Shown here: positions 1 through 9,746 of the stretch, piece after piece | How positions within the stretch are numbered: position 1 is the first letter of the stretch | Layout: every line of letters begins with the position of its first letter | Origin: a virus | Virus record (IMG/VR): IMGVR_UViG_3300030107_006096 | Location: 1 to 64,000 of that record | Reading direction: 5' to 3' (one strand) | DNA length: 64,000 nt | Notes under the pieces: generated by a model | The model's database searches: none | Seen by the model: only the letters and a program-made list of their open reading frames with translations | Told to the model about the DNA's origin: nothing | Position numbers and translations under genes: made by a program

Positions 1-1
1 A

Positions 2-3000
2 AAATTAGGAGCATGTTGTTGCGAGTCATGTGAATGTGTTGATAATGCAGAATCAGCAGCCTGCACATCAAGCGACGAGTGTGGTAACTGTACTTGGTAT
101 CAAGAAAAATCATGTGATTTAATTTGTGATTACGAACCAGAGTGTCCGAATTGTCCTCAAGGAAACAACAGAATTTCATGGCATATTTTTGTTTCTACTG
201 GTGATGCATTTGGGGGCGAAAAAAGAGTATGGGGCGGATATGATGAAGGTGATACAGTACATGAGTTTGGTCCGGCAATAACGAGAGAAAATGATGGGTT
301 CTGGAATACCTATGGTTGGTATTCTTACTCTGGTGCTTGGTCACAGGTGCAAGCTCCGCAAGCGGAAAGGATGTTCTGGTTTAATAATCCATACACTGGT
401 CTTCATCGTCTCATTGCAAATATTGAAGGCCAAGAGGCTTGTCATAATCAAACATTAATGACCATCACCACAAATGATTGGGGAACAATAGGAATACAGG
501 ATGAGAATAATGGAACGCATTATGTCTCTGAAAGAGGATTGGTGTCCCATGCTATTTTAAGACCAGGTGAAACCATATGGGAAGAGGATAATAGCGATTG
601 GTTATTTTGGGATATCACTGGATTAGATTTACCATTTATTCTGCCATATATACCATCATTGAATGAAATGGCATTTGTAAACAATCAAATGAATCAAAGT
701 CCAGCATTAAATGTTGCGTTGAGTAATTCAGGATTCAGTGGCAAATATTGGACATCATCAACACCAAAAGGTGAAAATTATTCAACAACCGCGTACACTT
801 ATTACCTTGGAATTGGTGGATTAGTTGAGGATAGATTAGTCATTGAAAATAATACGGCGAATCCACCTGCAAATGAAAATAAGAGTAGAAAATTTGTTAG
901 AGTAATGGAAACCCAACAACTTCCATTTAATATTGAGGGCGATTTAGAGATTGGTCAGAGTTATGGATCAGGTTTAATATATGCGGGTGAGTTTACTCCC
1001 GGCTGCTCAAGAATATATGACGGGCAAGCAGGAGGGGAAGTTTGTAGCAATCCACTTCCAAGCGGTCCTTGCTGTAATTGTAAAAATTGTAGTGAGGTTT
1101 CAAACTCATATACTTGTCTCCATAAAGGAACTGATAGATATTGGCCTTGGGAATCAACTGATGTTGAACATGGGTATATGTGGAGAGGTGATAAATTTGA
1201 CACTGAAAATATGACCTCTTTTGGTGGCGCTGTTTGTGATGTGGATTGTGATACTGTAATTGAAAATAATATAAAATGGGAAGTTACAGCAGATGATGCA
1301 CTTGTCACATACTCTCCAGCAATCGCGTGTACCGACGCGACATTATACTTAGATAATTCTTCAAATCAAAATACATACTTTCAACATTTACTTCCAACTG
1401 GAACATGTTGTAAAGGAGATGGAACTTGTCCGGAATCAAAGAAGTGTGATTGTGATGGTTACAAATGGGAGCCGGTTACTGATTTAGGTGGCGACTGCTT
1501 GGCAACATGTGGTGAACCGCCCGTTGAACCTAATTGTTGTGATGATAATGATGACGGAACAAGTGACTATTGGTGTTTAGATTGTCCAGGCGGAAATTGT
1601 TCTGGATGTTTTTCCGGCACTTCTAATGGAGATTTAGACTTAAATTCATATTCTGGATGTAGATCAATATATTCTGCATCTGGTGTAAACGCGATCATTG
1701 CAAATGAAACCACTTTCGATACTACCAATCCCGGAGTTATGAAAAAGGACACTACAAATCCCGTTGATTTGAATCCGTATGAAGCAAGTGGTTGTCCCTG
1801 CACCGAGAAAGTAAGTCTTAGAGATTGCTTAGAAGATCAAGACAATCCAGACTGTGATGTGAAGTGTTGCGAATGGCACGGTCATACTGATGGCGACTAT
1901 GATTGGAATGGAAATAATATTTACAATGATAATTTCCCAGATCCAATCAACTATCCTTTCTCAGAAGTCCCCGGAAGAAATCCAACTAGCGGAAGAGATT
2001 ATGTCAAACCTACTGAAAGTCAATCAGATAAAGATCTTGGACTTTGCCCAACTTGGTCATTTGAAACTGACGGAACAATAAACACTTGGCCAGGAAGTAA
2101 TCTTCCTTACGGTGGCTGGAATGATTCGGTTAGTTGTGATGCGGATGGTTATTCAGACAATGAATACTCGGCGTTTGTTTCCGGAACTGCTTTTGATTCG
2201 TTCTCATATCGTTGCACTCCATACTCTGGAATACTGCAATCAGGAGACACTGACTGGTGGACCGTTGATGCAGATGGAGATGGAACTTTCGATAGTTGGG
2301 AAATTCCAGTAGGCAATAACGCAATTAATCCATCATATGCAAGAAAGTTTAAACTATCATATCAAACAAATAATGCTAAAGATCACGTTCAGGTTATTCA
2401 ACTTCCTTGGCCAAAGGGAGCGAAAGATGAAAATGAAGCATGGTCAAGAGTCAGATGTTATTTAAATTCTATCAGAACCGGAATTTGCAATAGTCAAGTT
2501 GATCCAATGGTAAATGGTGATTTACATAGTTGGTTGAATGGATTTATAATTGATGATCATAGCCAAGATAGTTCTGTAATTAAACAGTCAAATGATTCTG
2601 TTAAATTCTTAGGATATGCTCCTTCTGAACATTGGGTTCTTTATGATTCTGGTTGTGTTAACACTACTGAGTCTATTCCTAATAATGGAGACAAGGGGGA
2701 AGTTGAAGTAGACACAGGAACATACTCAGTGTGCGTTCCTTACAACTACACCGCTTGTCCATTGAGAATAGACGAAAAACAAATTAGATCACATCACTTT
2801 GCAACTCCTAGAGAAAATGAAATAAATGAAAGAATAAAAGAAGGTTATGGACCTGGTGGTCAAGGACCTCTTCCGGCGATTGTAATAAACTTTAATGACT
2901 GCGATAATTCAGGATCTTCTACAGATTGGTATGCTAGAGTTTCTGAATGCGGAGGAAGAAGTTGCCTCTTTGGTCCGGATAGCACCATCAGCATTGGTTC

Positions 3001-5479
3001 AAAGCCAAGTTCAGTTTGTGAAATATTAGAAGATGCATATGGCGGCCAGTTGCCGCCTGGCATTCAAAGTCCTTGTTCAGATGAAGCATCCTTTAGAAGA
3101 GACTCCTGTAAAACTGGATTAGATTCAGAAGGAAACATTAAAGGTTATTGTGCATGTGATAATAATCAAATTGGTTATCTCAGTGCAAAAGAGTGTTCAG
3201 AATATTCGACTGCTTCGTCGGTGACTTGTAATTGGATTTCTGACAATATTGATACTAGAATTGATGATTCATTGTGTGATTGTGATTGTGCTGATTGTCT
3301 CTATCCGAATCCATCATTGAATGCTGATGGAACCGGAGACGATCTAGACTATCTTGAGAATGAAAAATATTATCCTTCTTCTTGCTGCATGTGTATGGGA
3401 GAGAATGGATGGCCTGGAAATGTTGGCCAACCTTTAACTTTACCTTTCTCAAATCTTACTGGAAGTTATGGTTCATGGAACGATTTCTTTGAATCATCCA
3501 GCGAATGGTCTTCCTCTAATTATAAAGGACCAGACTTAGTTGGTTGGTTATGTGGATGGAACAGCATTGCTCACCAATTTGCAAAAGATCCACAGGTCTG
3601 GTTAACAGACCAAGGTTGCTGGGCAAAAACTTTTAGAAATTGTTTAGATGTCACCACATGTCCTGCTTTGTTTGGAGTTAATGGTTGGGATAATTCTGAG
3701 GATGTCGGATGTTACAGTCCAGGCACTCATGGAAACTTCTGCAACGGTGAGTTTATTACAAATGTAATGAAATTAAATACTCCTTTAGATTGTGAAGGTT
3801 GTCAGTTAGGATCCATATCAATGAGTGATGGAGAACCTGCAAGATCGATTGATAATACTCAAGGAAATGATTTAACAGGAAGAAATTTAAGAGGCGTTCC
3901 AAAGAGAAATGAAATATGTTCTTTATCTTCTGCGCCTCCGCCCGATGATGATGATTCGCGTGCCTATGGTGCTTGTTTCGCTCATGATCCAGAGCAGTTT
4001 ATTTGCTGTAGATCTAATAATCCGGGAGATTCGAGTTGTGATTATAACTACAATGTTTGCACCAATCCAAATATTAATTTCTTTGAATATAAAGAAGATG
4101 GTTCAGTACAGTCAATTAACTCTGGCAGATTTGAACAGGGTTGGGGATTTGTAGAGTATTCATGCCCAGATGGTTATGAACCGAGATCATATTTTGGAAG
4201 CGCCGGCGATACATCTTTCCCTCCGTTTGTAGATTTTTGGAATGATTACAGAAGTGCTAGTAGATGGGACTATAATAAAGATCCTCGAAGTCAAGAGTAT
4301 CTAAAACCAGACGGAACTTACCGGTCTGATTCATTGCCTGCTGTTTATCTTCCGTATGATATACAAAGAGTTTGTTTTGACGAGTGGACACCTTACGGTA
4401 CAGACATTCCTCAGTTCATGACAAGGGAAATGTGTGAATCCAAATACAATCCAAATCTGCAAGGTTTAGATGGTATTAATAGATCAGAAGAATTTAGACC
4501 AATCTTCTTTGAAGATGCCCAAATTAACGGTGCTTGTGCTAGACATGGTGTTGCAGATTTAGGAAATGAAGAAGGTGATTTCAGAACAAAATGTGAACCA
4601 ATATATGAGGGAATTGCATGTAGCACACCAATGGATTCAAATATTAATGATAATCCTGGTCTTGGTTGCGGTCAACTTTGGCATGGCGCTGGCCTTGACA
4701 AACCTAATATAATTAAAATACCAGCAAGAACAATCGAAGGTATCGATGATGATATGTGGCAACCTTACGGTAAACATGTTGGGGTGGTATCACACACTGA
4801 TTATCACTGGAGTAATAAAAGATGTGGCTTATTTTGTTGTCCTGAAGCCTACGAAGCGGCCGAATGTCCACCATATGCCAAAAATGTGCGCAAGACGCCC
4901 ACTATTGCAAGTTGGAATAGTATTATTCCCGGTCACCATCTTTTGAGTTGTTCCGGCAACCAAGAAGCCTGTCGAGATTGGGCAAATCAAGGCGGATATA
5001 TTACAAGTTGTTTACCAGCCTCTTTCGATGATCCATTTGGATTGGGTGAGGCCGTGATTGGACCAAACGGAGAATATATGGCTCAGTTTGGTTTCTTAGA
5101 TGGAAAATATAAATGGGTTGGTGAAGCAACAAATTACACCGGAGCATGTGACGGGTGGGGAAGAACATCAGATACTATGGATGATGATTTCCCAGAGGCT
5201 ACAGAGATTGATGAATGCCCCGCTGCGTCATGCGTACCCGATCAGGTCCCCTTCTCGGGGTTCTGGTCAGGTCTGACTGTATGTCCCAATTGGCATCAAG
5301 ATTATGGCGTTGACGAACAAGGTTGCCAGGCGCCATGTGAGTTTTCAAGTTGTATAGATCACTGCACCTCTGGACAATGTTGCTGTGATAGTGAGGAATG
5401 TTCCGGCCAAGGTCAAGGATTGGGTCAGTGTACTGATGGTTGTTGTGAATCAACTGGTGGTGGGGGACCAAACCCCTGA
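2..5479 (+). CDS. Giant cysteine-rich G[AST]CC-repeat protein with a DUF1566/Lcl-like (C-type lectin fold) segment; 5'-truncated; putative virion fibre/adhesin
   Basis: Frame is open from base 2 (KLGACCCESCEC...) through the track's GTG at 347, so the gene starts upstream of the window (>1800 aa). Many CC/CxC clusters; YIPSLNEM...YWTSST...FVRVM at ~647-909; DADGDG motif. Confidence 0.6.
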   Translation, partial: KLGACCCESCECVDNAESAACTSSDECGNCTWYQEKSCDLICDYEPECPNCPQGNNRISWHIFVSTGDAFGGEKRVWGGYDEGDTVHEFGPAITRENDGFWNTYGWYSYSGAWSQVQAPQAERMFWFNNPYTGLHRLIANIEGQEACHNQTLMTITTNDWGTIGIQDENNGTHYVSERGLVSHAILRPGETIWEEDNSDWLFWDITGLDLPFILPYIPSLNEMAFVNNQMNQSPALNVALSNSGFSGKYWTSSTPKGENYSTTAYTYYLGIGGLVEDRLVIENNTANPPANENKSRKFVRVMETQQLPFNIEGDLEIGQSYGSGLIYAGEFTPGCSRIYDGQAGGEVCSNPLPSGPCCNCKNCSEVSNSYTCLHKGTDRYWPWESTDVEHGYMWRGDKFDTENMTSFGGAVCDVDCDTVIENNIKWEVTADDALVTYSPAIACTDATLYLDNSSNQNTYFQHLLPTGTCCKGDGTCPESKKCDCDGYKWEPVTDLGGDCLATCGEPPVEPNCCDDNDDGTSDYWCLDCPGGNCSGCFSGTSNGDLDLNSYSGCRSIYSASGVNAIIANETTFDTTNPGVMKKDTTNPVDLNPYEASGCPCTEKVSLRDCLEDQDNPDCDVKCCEWHGHTDGDYDWNGNNIYNDNFPDPINYPFSEVPGRNPTSGRDYVKPTESQSDKDLGLCPTWSFETDGTINTWPGSNLPYGGWNDSVSCDADGYSDNEYSAFVSGTAFDSFSYRCTPYSGILQSGDTDWWTVDADGDGTFDSWEIPVGNNAINPSYARKFKLSYQTNNAKDHVQVIQLPWPKGAKDENEAWSRVRCYLNSIRTGICNSQVDPMVNGDLHSWLNGFIIDDHSQDSSVIKQSNDSVKFLGYAPSEHWVLYDSGCVNTTESIPNNGDKGEVEVDTGTYSVCVPYNYTACPLRIDEKQIRSHHFATPRENEINERIKEGYGPGGQGPLPAIVINFNDCDNSGSSTDWYARVSECGGRSCLFGPDSTISIGSKPSSVCEILEDAYGGQLPPGIQSPCSDEASFRRDSCKTGLDSEGNIKGYCACDNNQIGYLSAKECSEYSTASSVTCNWISDNIDTRIDDSLCDCDCADCLYPNPSLNADGTGDDLDYLENEKYYPSSCCMCMGENGWPGNVGQPLTLPFSNLTGSYGSWNDFFESSSEWSSSNYKGPDLVGWLCGWNSIAHQFAKDPQVWLTDQGCWAKTFRNCLDVTTCPALFGVNGWDNSEDVGCYSPGTHGNFCNGEFITNVMKLNTPLDCEGCQLGSISMSDGEPARSIDNTQGNDLTGRNLRGVPKRNEICSLSSAPPPDDDDSRAYGACFAHDPEQFICCRSNNPGDSSCDYNYNVCTNPNINFFEYKEDGSVQSINSGRFEQGWGFVEYSCPDGYEPRSYFGSAGDTSFPPFVDFWNDYRSASRWDYNKDPRSQEYLKPDGTYRSDSLPAVYLPYDIQRVCFDEWTPYGTDIPQFMTREMCESKYNPNLQGLDGINRSEEFRPIFFEDAQINGACARHGVADLGNEEGDFRTKCEPIYEGIACSTPMDSNINDNPGLGCGQLWHGAGLDKPNIIKIPARTIEGIDDDMWQPYGKHVGVVSHTDYHWSNKRCGLFCCPEAYEAAECPPYAKNVRKTPTIASWNSIIPGHHLLSCSGNQEACRDWANQGGYITSCLPASFDDPFGLGEAVIGPNGEYMAQFGFLDGKYKWVGEATNYTGACDGWGRTSDTMDDDFPEATEIDECPAASCVPDQVPFSGFWSGLTVCPNWHQDYGVDEQGCQAPCEFSSCIDHCTSGQCCCDSEECSGQGQGLGQCTDGCCESTGGGGPNP

Positions 5480-5501
5480 GCAGATCAAGGTAAAATAAAT
5501 A

Positions 5502-8500
5502 ATGAAATTCAGAAAAAGATATAACAATCAAGAAAATATTTTAAAAAGATCTACGAATCTTCAGAACAATAACGAAAATGGATGGAGTGTTTCCCAAGAA
5601 AATCCATTAGTGCCACCTTCGTATCATAAGCAAAATAATCAAGGGCCACAGAAAAGTTTTCCACCGCAAAATTCAAACACCTGTAGGACCTCTATTGAAA
5701 ATATAAATCCAAATCCTGGCGGAGAATTGAATTTTACACCACTTGAATGTAAAGCAGGAAGTAATCAAAGTAATCCTATTCTTGGAAGTTTTTGTTCAGA
5801 TTTTCACCAATGGAATGATCCTTTAATGATTGAGTTTTTTGGTGGTGAACAAAATGATATTATTTATATGGGAGGCAACTACGATGAAACTTGCGTCGAG
5901 GACGATGGCGATAGACTAGGAGCTTGTTGTCAAGATAATGGCGCTTGTTCGGCTTGGGATGAATCTACTCAAGGCCCATGTCCCGGACAGTTTCATCCTG
6001 GCGCTGATTGTGCTGATGGCCCATGTGAATATAATTTCGATGGTGGAAAGTGTTGGATATTCGGAAGTCATGTGGGTTATCTAGATGGAAAGAACTCTGA
6101 CGATCAATGGTCTGGTCAAAATGAATATGATTCGTATTATCATGGATATTATGGAGTTAAAGGTCCAAGAGATGCTTATCATTTAAATGAAGACAATGCT
6201 TTCAGAAACACTCTTGTAAATTATGAATCTCTATGGTATGGTTGGAAAGATCCCACCGTCGAAGGAGCAGAAGGAGCCGATGGCACTGAAGTTCCTTATA
6301 TGCCCCATAGAGAATATTGGGGAGCTAGAAAATTAATCGCAAACGGTCACGAATATCCTTGCTGGGATTCTGATATGGGAGCAACCAAAGAATTATGTGA
6401 AAGATACTTTAATTATACAAATGGAGACTTAACCGCTGTAGGTATTTGGGTCAGTGATGATGATTTTATTGAAATGCGAAAATCTCATTTAAGCAGGTTC
6501 ATGACGGAAAGTGAAGCAGAACAGCGAGCATTTTTGGATCTCACCGGTCATACAACTGCGGAGATTCCGAAATATCCTAATCAACCTCAAACTAAAGAAG
6601 AGATGCAAATATATAAGTTTCATGGTTTACCTCCCGGAAACAGATGTTTCGAATCGGGTCGATTTGCTCCAGGCGGCGAATCCACTATGTCTCCAACAGA
6701 TTTTGGCAATAAACTGCAAAAAATGCAAATGTTTCTTGAATCTGGAATTCCTGAAGATTTAGTAACAATACCACTATATCAGCAAGAGTATTATGGTGCT
6801 ACAAACTTAGAAGAGTTGTGGGATCATTGCTTGGACTCGATTCCCGATGATTTAGAGACAAGGGCTAGTAAAAATTTATGGATGTTTGGGATGAGGAATT
6901 CGGTGCTTCCGGAAGATTGGCCGACGACCGGAGGTCCGCCCGATCCCCACGGGGGGTTGCCTGATGAAGATGAGAATCCATATGAAGGATTTAATATACA
7001 ATCGTACTTATGGTGGAGAAATCTTACACCAGAATGTACTAGGTGGGCTAATTTTATAGGAAATAAAACGATTTACTCTGGAATAGATTTTAGAGATGTT
7101 ACAAATTATGCCACTAAAAGTTCTCATCCCGATGATTATTATGAGATTGGCCATCACACTTGGCATTCCCCAACGAAATTGTGTTGCGTGCAGGAAGACG
7201 GATGGGGCATTGGGTGTTTGCAATGTGCTAATGATGTTAGTCTCGGATGCCAAAATTGCGATGGTGCCAATCCTGACCCCTGCTGTGACTGGATAGGTGG
7301 TAACTGTTTCGAAGGCGACGGCGAAGACGGCGGTTCAATTTTCAAATGGAATGGGATGAAGACAATGGTAGCGAACACATTAACTACATTAGCCCATTGG
7401 GGTCATTTTCCTTGGAAGTGTAGGTTAGGTAGATGGTGCCCTGACTGCTCGCATGGACTGGAAGCCCTCGCTGCTCCTCAGTGGAGGGATCTCGCCGAAT
7501 CTTTTGTGCGGCATACTGGCACAGATAATGAGAATGATCTAGACTCTGTGCCTGCAAGGAGGGGATCATTGGTAGGAATGGGCATGGGATATAGTAATGA
7601 GTGGACTGCTTTTACTTCCAATTATGGCTATCCTGGCATTGGCAATGCCGTGGGTGCAGCGAGGAGAATGATTGGCGAATTGATGCAGCAGTATCATTGG
7701 GCAAGTGATATGTATCAATCACTTGCAGAAACCTTCGATCCGATGTATAGTAATGCGTGGAGAATATTTGAGAGGGAACTAGAAGAAAGAACTTGTAATT
7801 ATTTTCATAATTATGTTTCCCCGTTACATCCAGATAATATATGTCTTTCAAAATGTAACAAGGTGATCTGGGAACAGACAGATGAAGGCGATTGGGAGTC
7901 CGGTCAAGATGGCAAGGCATTAATAGGAAGTTTAATAACAAATTTTGCCGACTCGGTTTACTGGGATCGAGCCAGGAGGTGGTTGAATTTAGCCTCTGCT
8001 GCTTGTGCTGGTTTTGGCGGAATTGGAGGCGGATTTGGGTCGGACGAGGATGATGTGTGGACTACCCACGAACAGCTGGTCGGCAATATTGTGAATTGTA
8101 TCAAAAATGGCGGTGGTTGGTCTAAAGGCTCCTCATACGCGAACACATGTGCTTCGGCCCAACACCATATACAATATGTCATGTGCGGAGGCGAAAATGG
8201 GCTGGGGCCAGCATGGCAATTTGGTTGTGGTGGTGGTCTCGGTGGTGAGGACAATATGAGGTACATGATGCCATATTCTGGTGGAATAAAGGCCGGAAAC
8301 TTCTTTTCAGATTCCATTGAATGGGATGAAGTATGGGGATATCCATATGGAGGCAAACCCTTTACAAATCGAGAGCTTCCAAGATTTGCTGATGAAGATG
8401 GTGAGGGGACAAGTACATTGAGGCAAGGATCTTGTTACTTAGCCGATGATCGTTGTATTGCGACAACAGAATGGATGTGTAATAATCATCTAAAAAGAAC

Positions 8501-8624
8501 TGTAGGACTCGGGGACGGATGGAAAGCAATTGGCACAATCTATACCGAAAACGGCACTGTGTGGGATTATGATATCGGTGCCCGGCCGGACGCATGTAAT
8601 CCGGAGTGGTGGGCAGAACCGTGA
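5502..8624 (+). CDS. Cysteine-rich protein, paralog A (1040 aa), putative virion-associated
   Basis: Long ORF with a GACC repeat; shares N-terminal, internal and C-terminal blocks with 9747..12515; AATAAATA just upstream. Confidence 0.65.
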   Translation: MKFRKRYNNQENILKRSTNLQNNNENGWSVSQENPLVPPSYHKQNNQGPQKSFPPQNSNTCRTSIENINPNPGGELNFTPLECKAGSNQSNPILGSFCSDFHQWNDPLMIEFFGGEQNDIIYMGGNYDETCVEDDGDRLGACCQDNGACSAWDESTQGPCPGQFHPGADCADGPCEYNFDGGKCWIFGSHVGYLDGKNSDDQWSGQNEYDSYYHGYYGVKGPRDAYHLNEDNAFRNTLVNYESLWYGWKDPTVEGAEGADGTEVPYMPHREYWGARKLIANGHEYPCWDSDMGATKELCERYFNYTNGDLTAVGIWVSDDDFIEMRKSHLSRFMTESEAEQRAFLDLTGHTTAEIPKYPNQPQTKEEMQIYKFHGLPPGNRCFESGRFAPGGESTMSPTDFGNKLQKMQMFLESGIPEDLVTIPLYQQEYYGATNLEELWDHCLDSIPDDLETRASKNLWMFGMRNSVLPEDWPTTGGPPDPHGGLPDEDENPYEGFNIQSYLWWRNLTPECTRWANFIGNKTIYSGIDFRDVTNYATKSSHPDDYYEIGHHTWHSPTKLCCVQEDGWGIGCLQCANDVSLGCQNCDGANPDPCCDWIGGNCFEGDGEDGGSIFKWNGMKTMVANTLTTLAHWGHFPWKCRLGRWCPDCSHGLEALAAPQWRDLAESFVRHTGTDNENDLDSVPARRGSLVGMGMGYSNEWTAFTSNYGYPGIGNAVGAARRMIGELMQQYHWASDMYQSLAETFDPMYSNAWRIFERELEERTCNYFHNYVSPLHPDNICLSKCNKVIWEQTDEGDWESGQDGKALIGSLITNFADSVYWDRARRWLNLASAACAGFGGIGGGFGSDEDDVWTTHEQLVGNIVNCIKNGGGWSKGSSYANTCASAQHHIQYVMCGGENGLGPAWQFGCGGGLGGEDNMRYMMPYSGGIKAGNFFSDSIEWDEVWGYPYGGKPFTNRELPRFADEDGEGTSTLRQGSCYLADDRCIATTEWMCNNHLKRTVGLGDGWKAIGTIYTENGTVWDYDIGARPDACNPEWWAEP
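5574..5640 (+). repeat. 67-bp direct repeat, copy 1 (identical to 9849..9915)
   Basis: gaaaatggatggagtgtttcccaagaaaatccattagtgccaccttcgtatcataagcaaaataatc read at both sites. Confidence 0.9.
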
Positions 8625-8643
8625 TACTAGAAAGGACAAATAA

Positions 8644-9726
8644 ATGGCAAAACCAGTAAAACAATACAATCAAGATAATCCTTTAGGAAGCTGCTGTTAT
8701 TATGATGAAAATAAAAATAAAGCAGTTTGTGAAGACGGTATCACTAAAATAGAATGTCGAGAAAAAAATAAAAACTCTAAGAACAGATGGAACTCAAGAA
8801 AATGCAATAAACGAATTGCAATGAAAGATGATCTTTGCTGTAACACTTGTGGACAAGGAAGTAAGGATGCCGACGTTGTTAAAAAATTAAGTAAAATACA
8901 AAAAGGAAAAACTCAATTTAGATCAAGAGTTGATGAGGGATCAATCATCCTAAGCGAAAATCCCAATATAGATTGTAGAAATTCAGCAGAAGACAGATAT
9001 AGAAAAGAATTAATGTTAACGGCGATGAATTGTAGAGGAACAGAAATTTGTCAGCAAGAGGCAAGAGATGTTGCTAACTACATTAGAAATATTTCTAAAG
9101 AAAAATGTGAAGTTTGTGCCAATAGAAATAAAGAAAATTTAATTTCAGATCTCAAATCTTACTATAGTTGTCTTTGCGTTCTAAACCAAACGAAAGAACA
9201 ACAGTTGTTTGATTTGTTTAAAGAAAATGTTTGTCTATGCAATTCTTCTGAAGAGACATTTGAAGAAACCATATTATCAAAAGAACTAAATAAACTTATT
9301 TTGGAATGGAAAAGTTTAGACGACAAATGTAAATCTATTCTTCCAGAAGACGGGCCAACAAAATTAAAAGAAGAAATAACTGAGGGGTGTTGTTGTCATT
9401 ATGTGAAAAGGGGAAGATCGGAAAAAAATTATAATTCAGAACAATTAAGAAGATGTTTACCAATGACGAAAAGAGACTGCAAAAAGGTAATAAATTACCA
9501 AACTATCTGGAAGGATTGCAAGGACTCTGATTGTTCTAAAAATTGTGTGGCTGCAAACAAACCAGCAAAGTGTGGTTCATGTGATCCTACTTATAGTCCG
9601 ACTCCTGTTTCTACTCCAAGAAGATCAACTCCATCGGCTCCATCGACGCCATCAACTCCATCGACGCCATCGGCCCCTTCGGCGCCTTCGGCTCCTAGCA
9701 CTCCGAGCTACGGTGGTGGATACTAA
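8644..9726 (+). CDS. Cys/Lys-rich protein with GSCC motif and C-terminal Pro-Ser-Thr/Ala tail
   Basis: 360 aa ORF; GSCC and GCCC motifs; ends STPSAPSTPSTPSTPSAPSAPSAPSTPSYGGGY; AAGGA RBS upstream. Confidence 0.65.
   Translation: MAKPVKQYNQDNPLGSCCYYDENKNKAVCEDGITKIECREKNKNSKNRWNSRKCNKRIAMKDDLCCNTCGQGSKDADVVKKLSKIQKGKTQFRSRVDEGSIILSENPNIDCRNSAEDRYRKELMLTAMNCRGTEICQQEARDVANYIRNISKEKCEVCANRNKENLISDLKSYYSCLCVLNQTKEQQLFDLFKENVCLCNSSEETFEETILSKELNKLILEWKSLDDKCKSILPEDGPTKLKEEITEGCCCHYVKRGRSEKNYNSEQLRRCLPMTKRDCKKVINYQTIWKDCKDSDCSKNCVAANKPAKCGSCDPTYSPTPVSTPRRSTPSAPSTPSTPSTPSAPSAPSAPSTPSYGGGY
9625..9708 (+). repeat. Degenerate 9-bp tandem repeat encoding (PS[AT])n
   Basis: Units such as ccatcggct, ccatcgacg, ccatcaact, ccttcggcg; GC-rich relative to the flanks. 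Confidence 0.85.
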
Positions 9727-9729
9727 ATA
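9722..9729 (+). promoter_or_regulatory. Putative late promoter variant (ACTAAATA)
   Basis: Matches the TAAATA core of the T4 gp55 late promoter; lies just upstream of the AAGGAGA RBS; same variant at 12553. Confidence 0.5.
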
Positions 9730-9746
9730 TAAGAAGGAGATTCCTT

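Noticed and set aside
347-349. GTG at 347 as the start of the first gene
   Set aside because: The frame is open from base 2 with the same Cys-repeat character, so the real start is upstream of the window.
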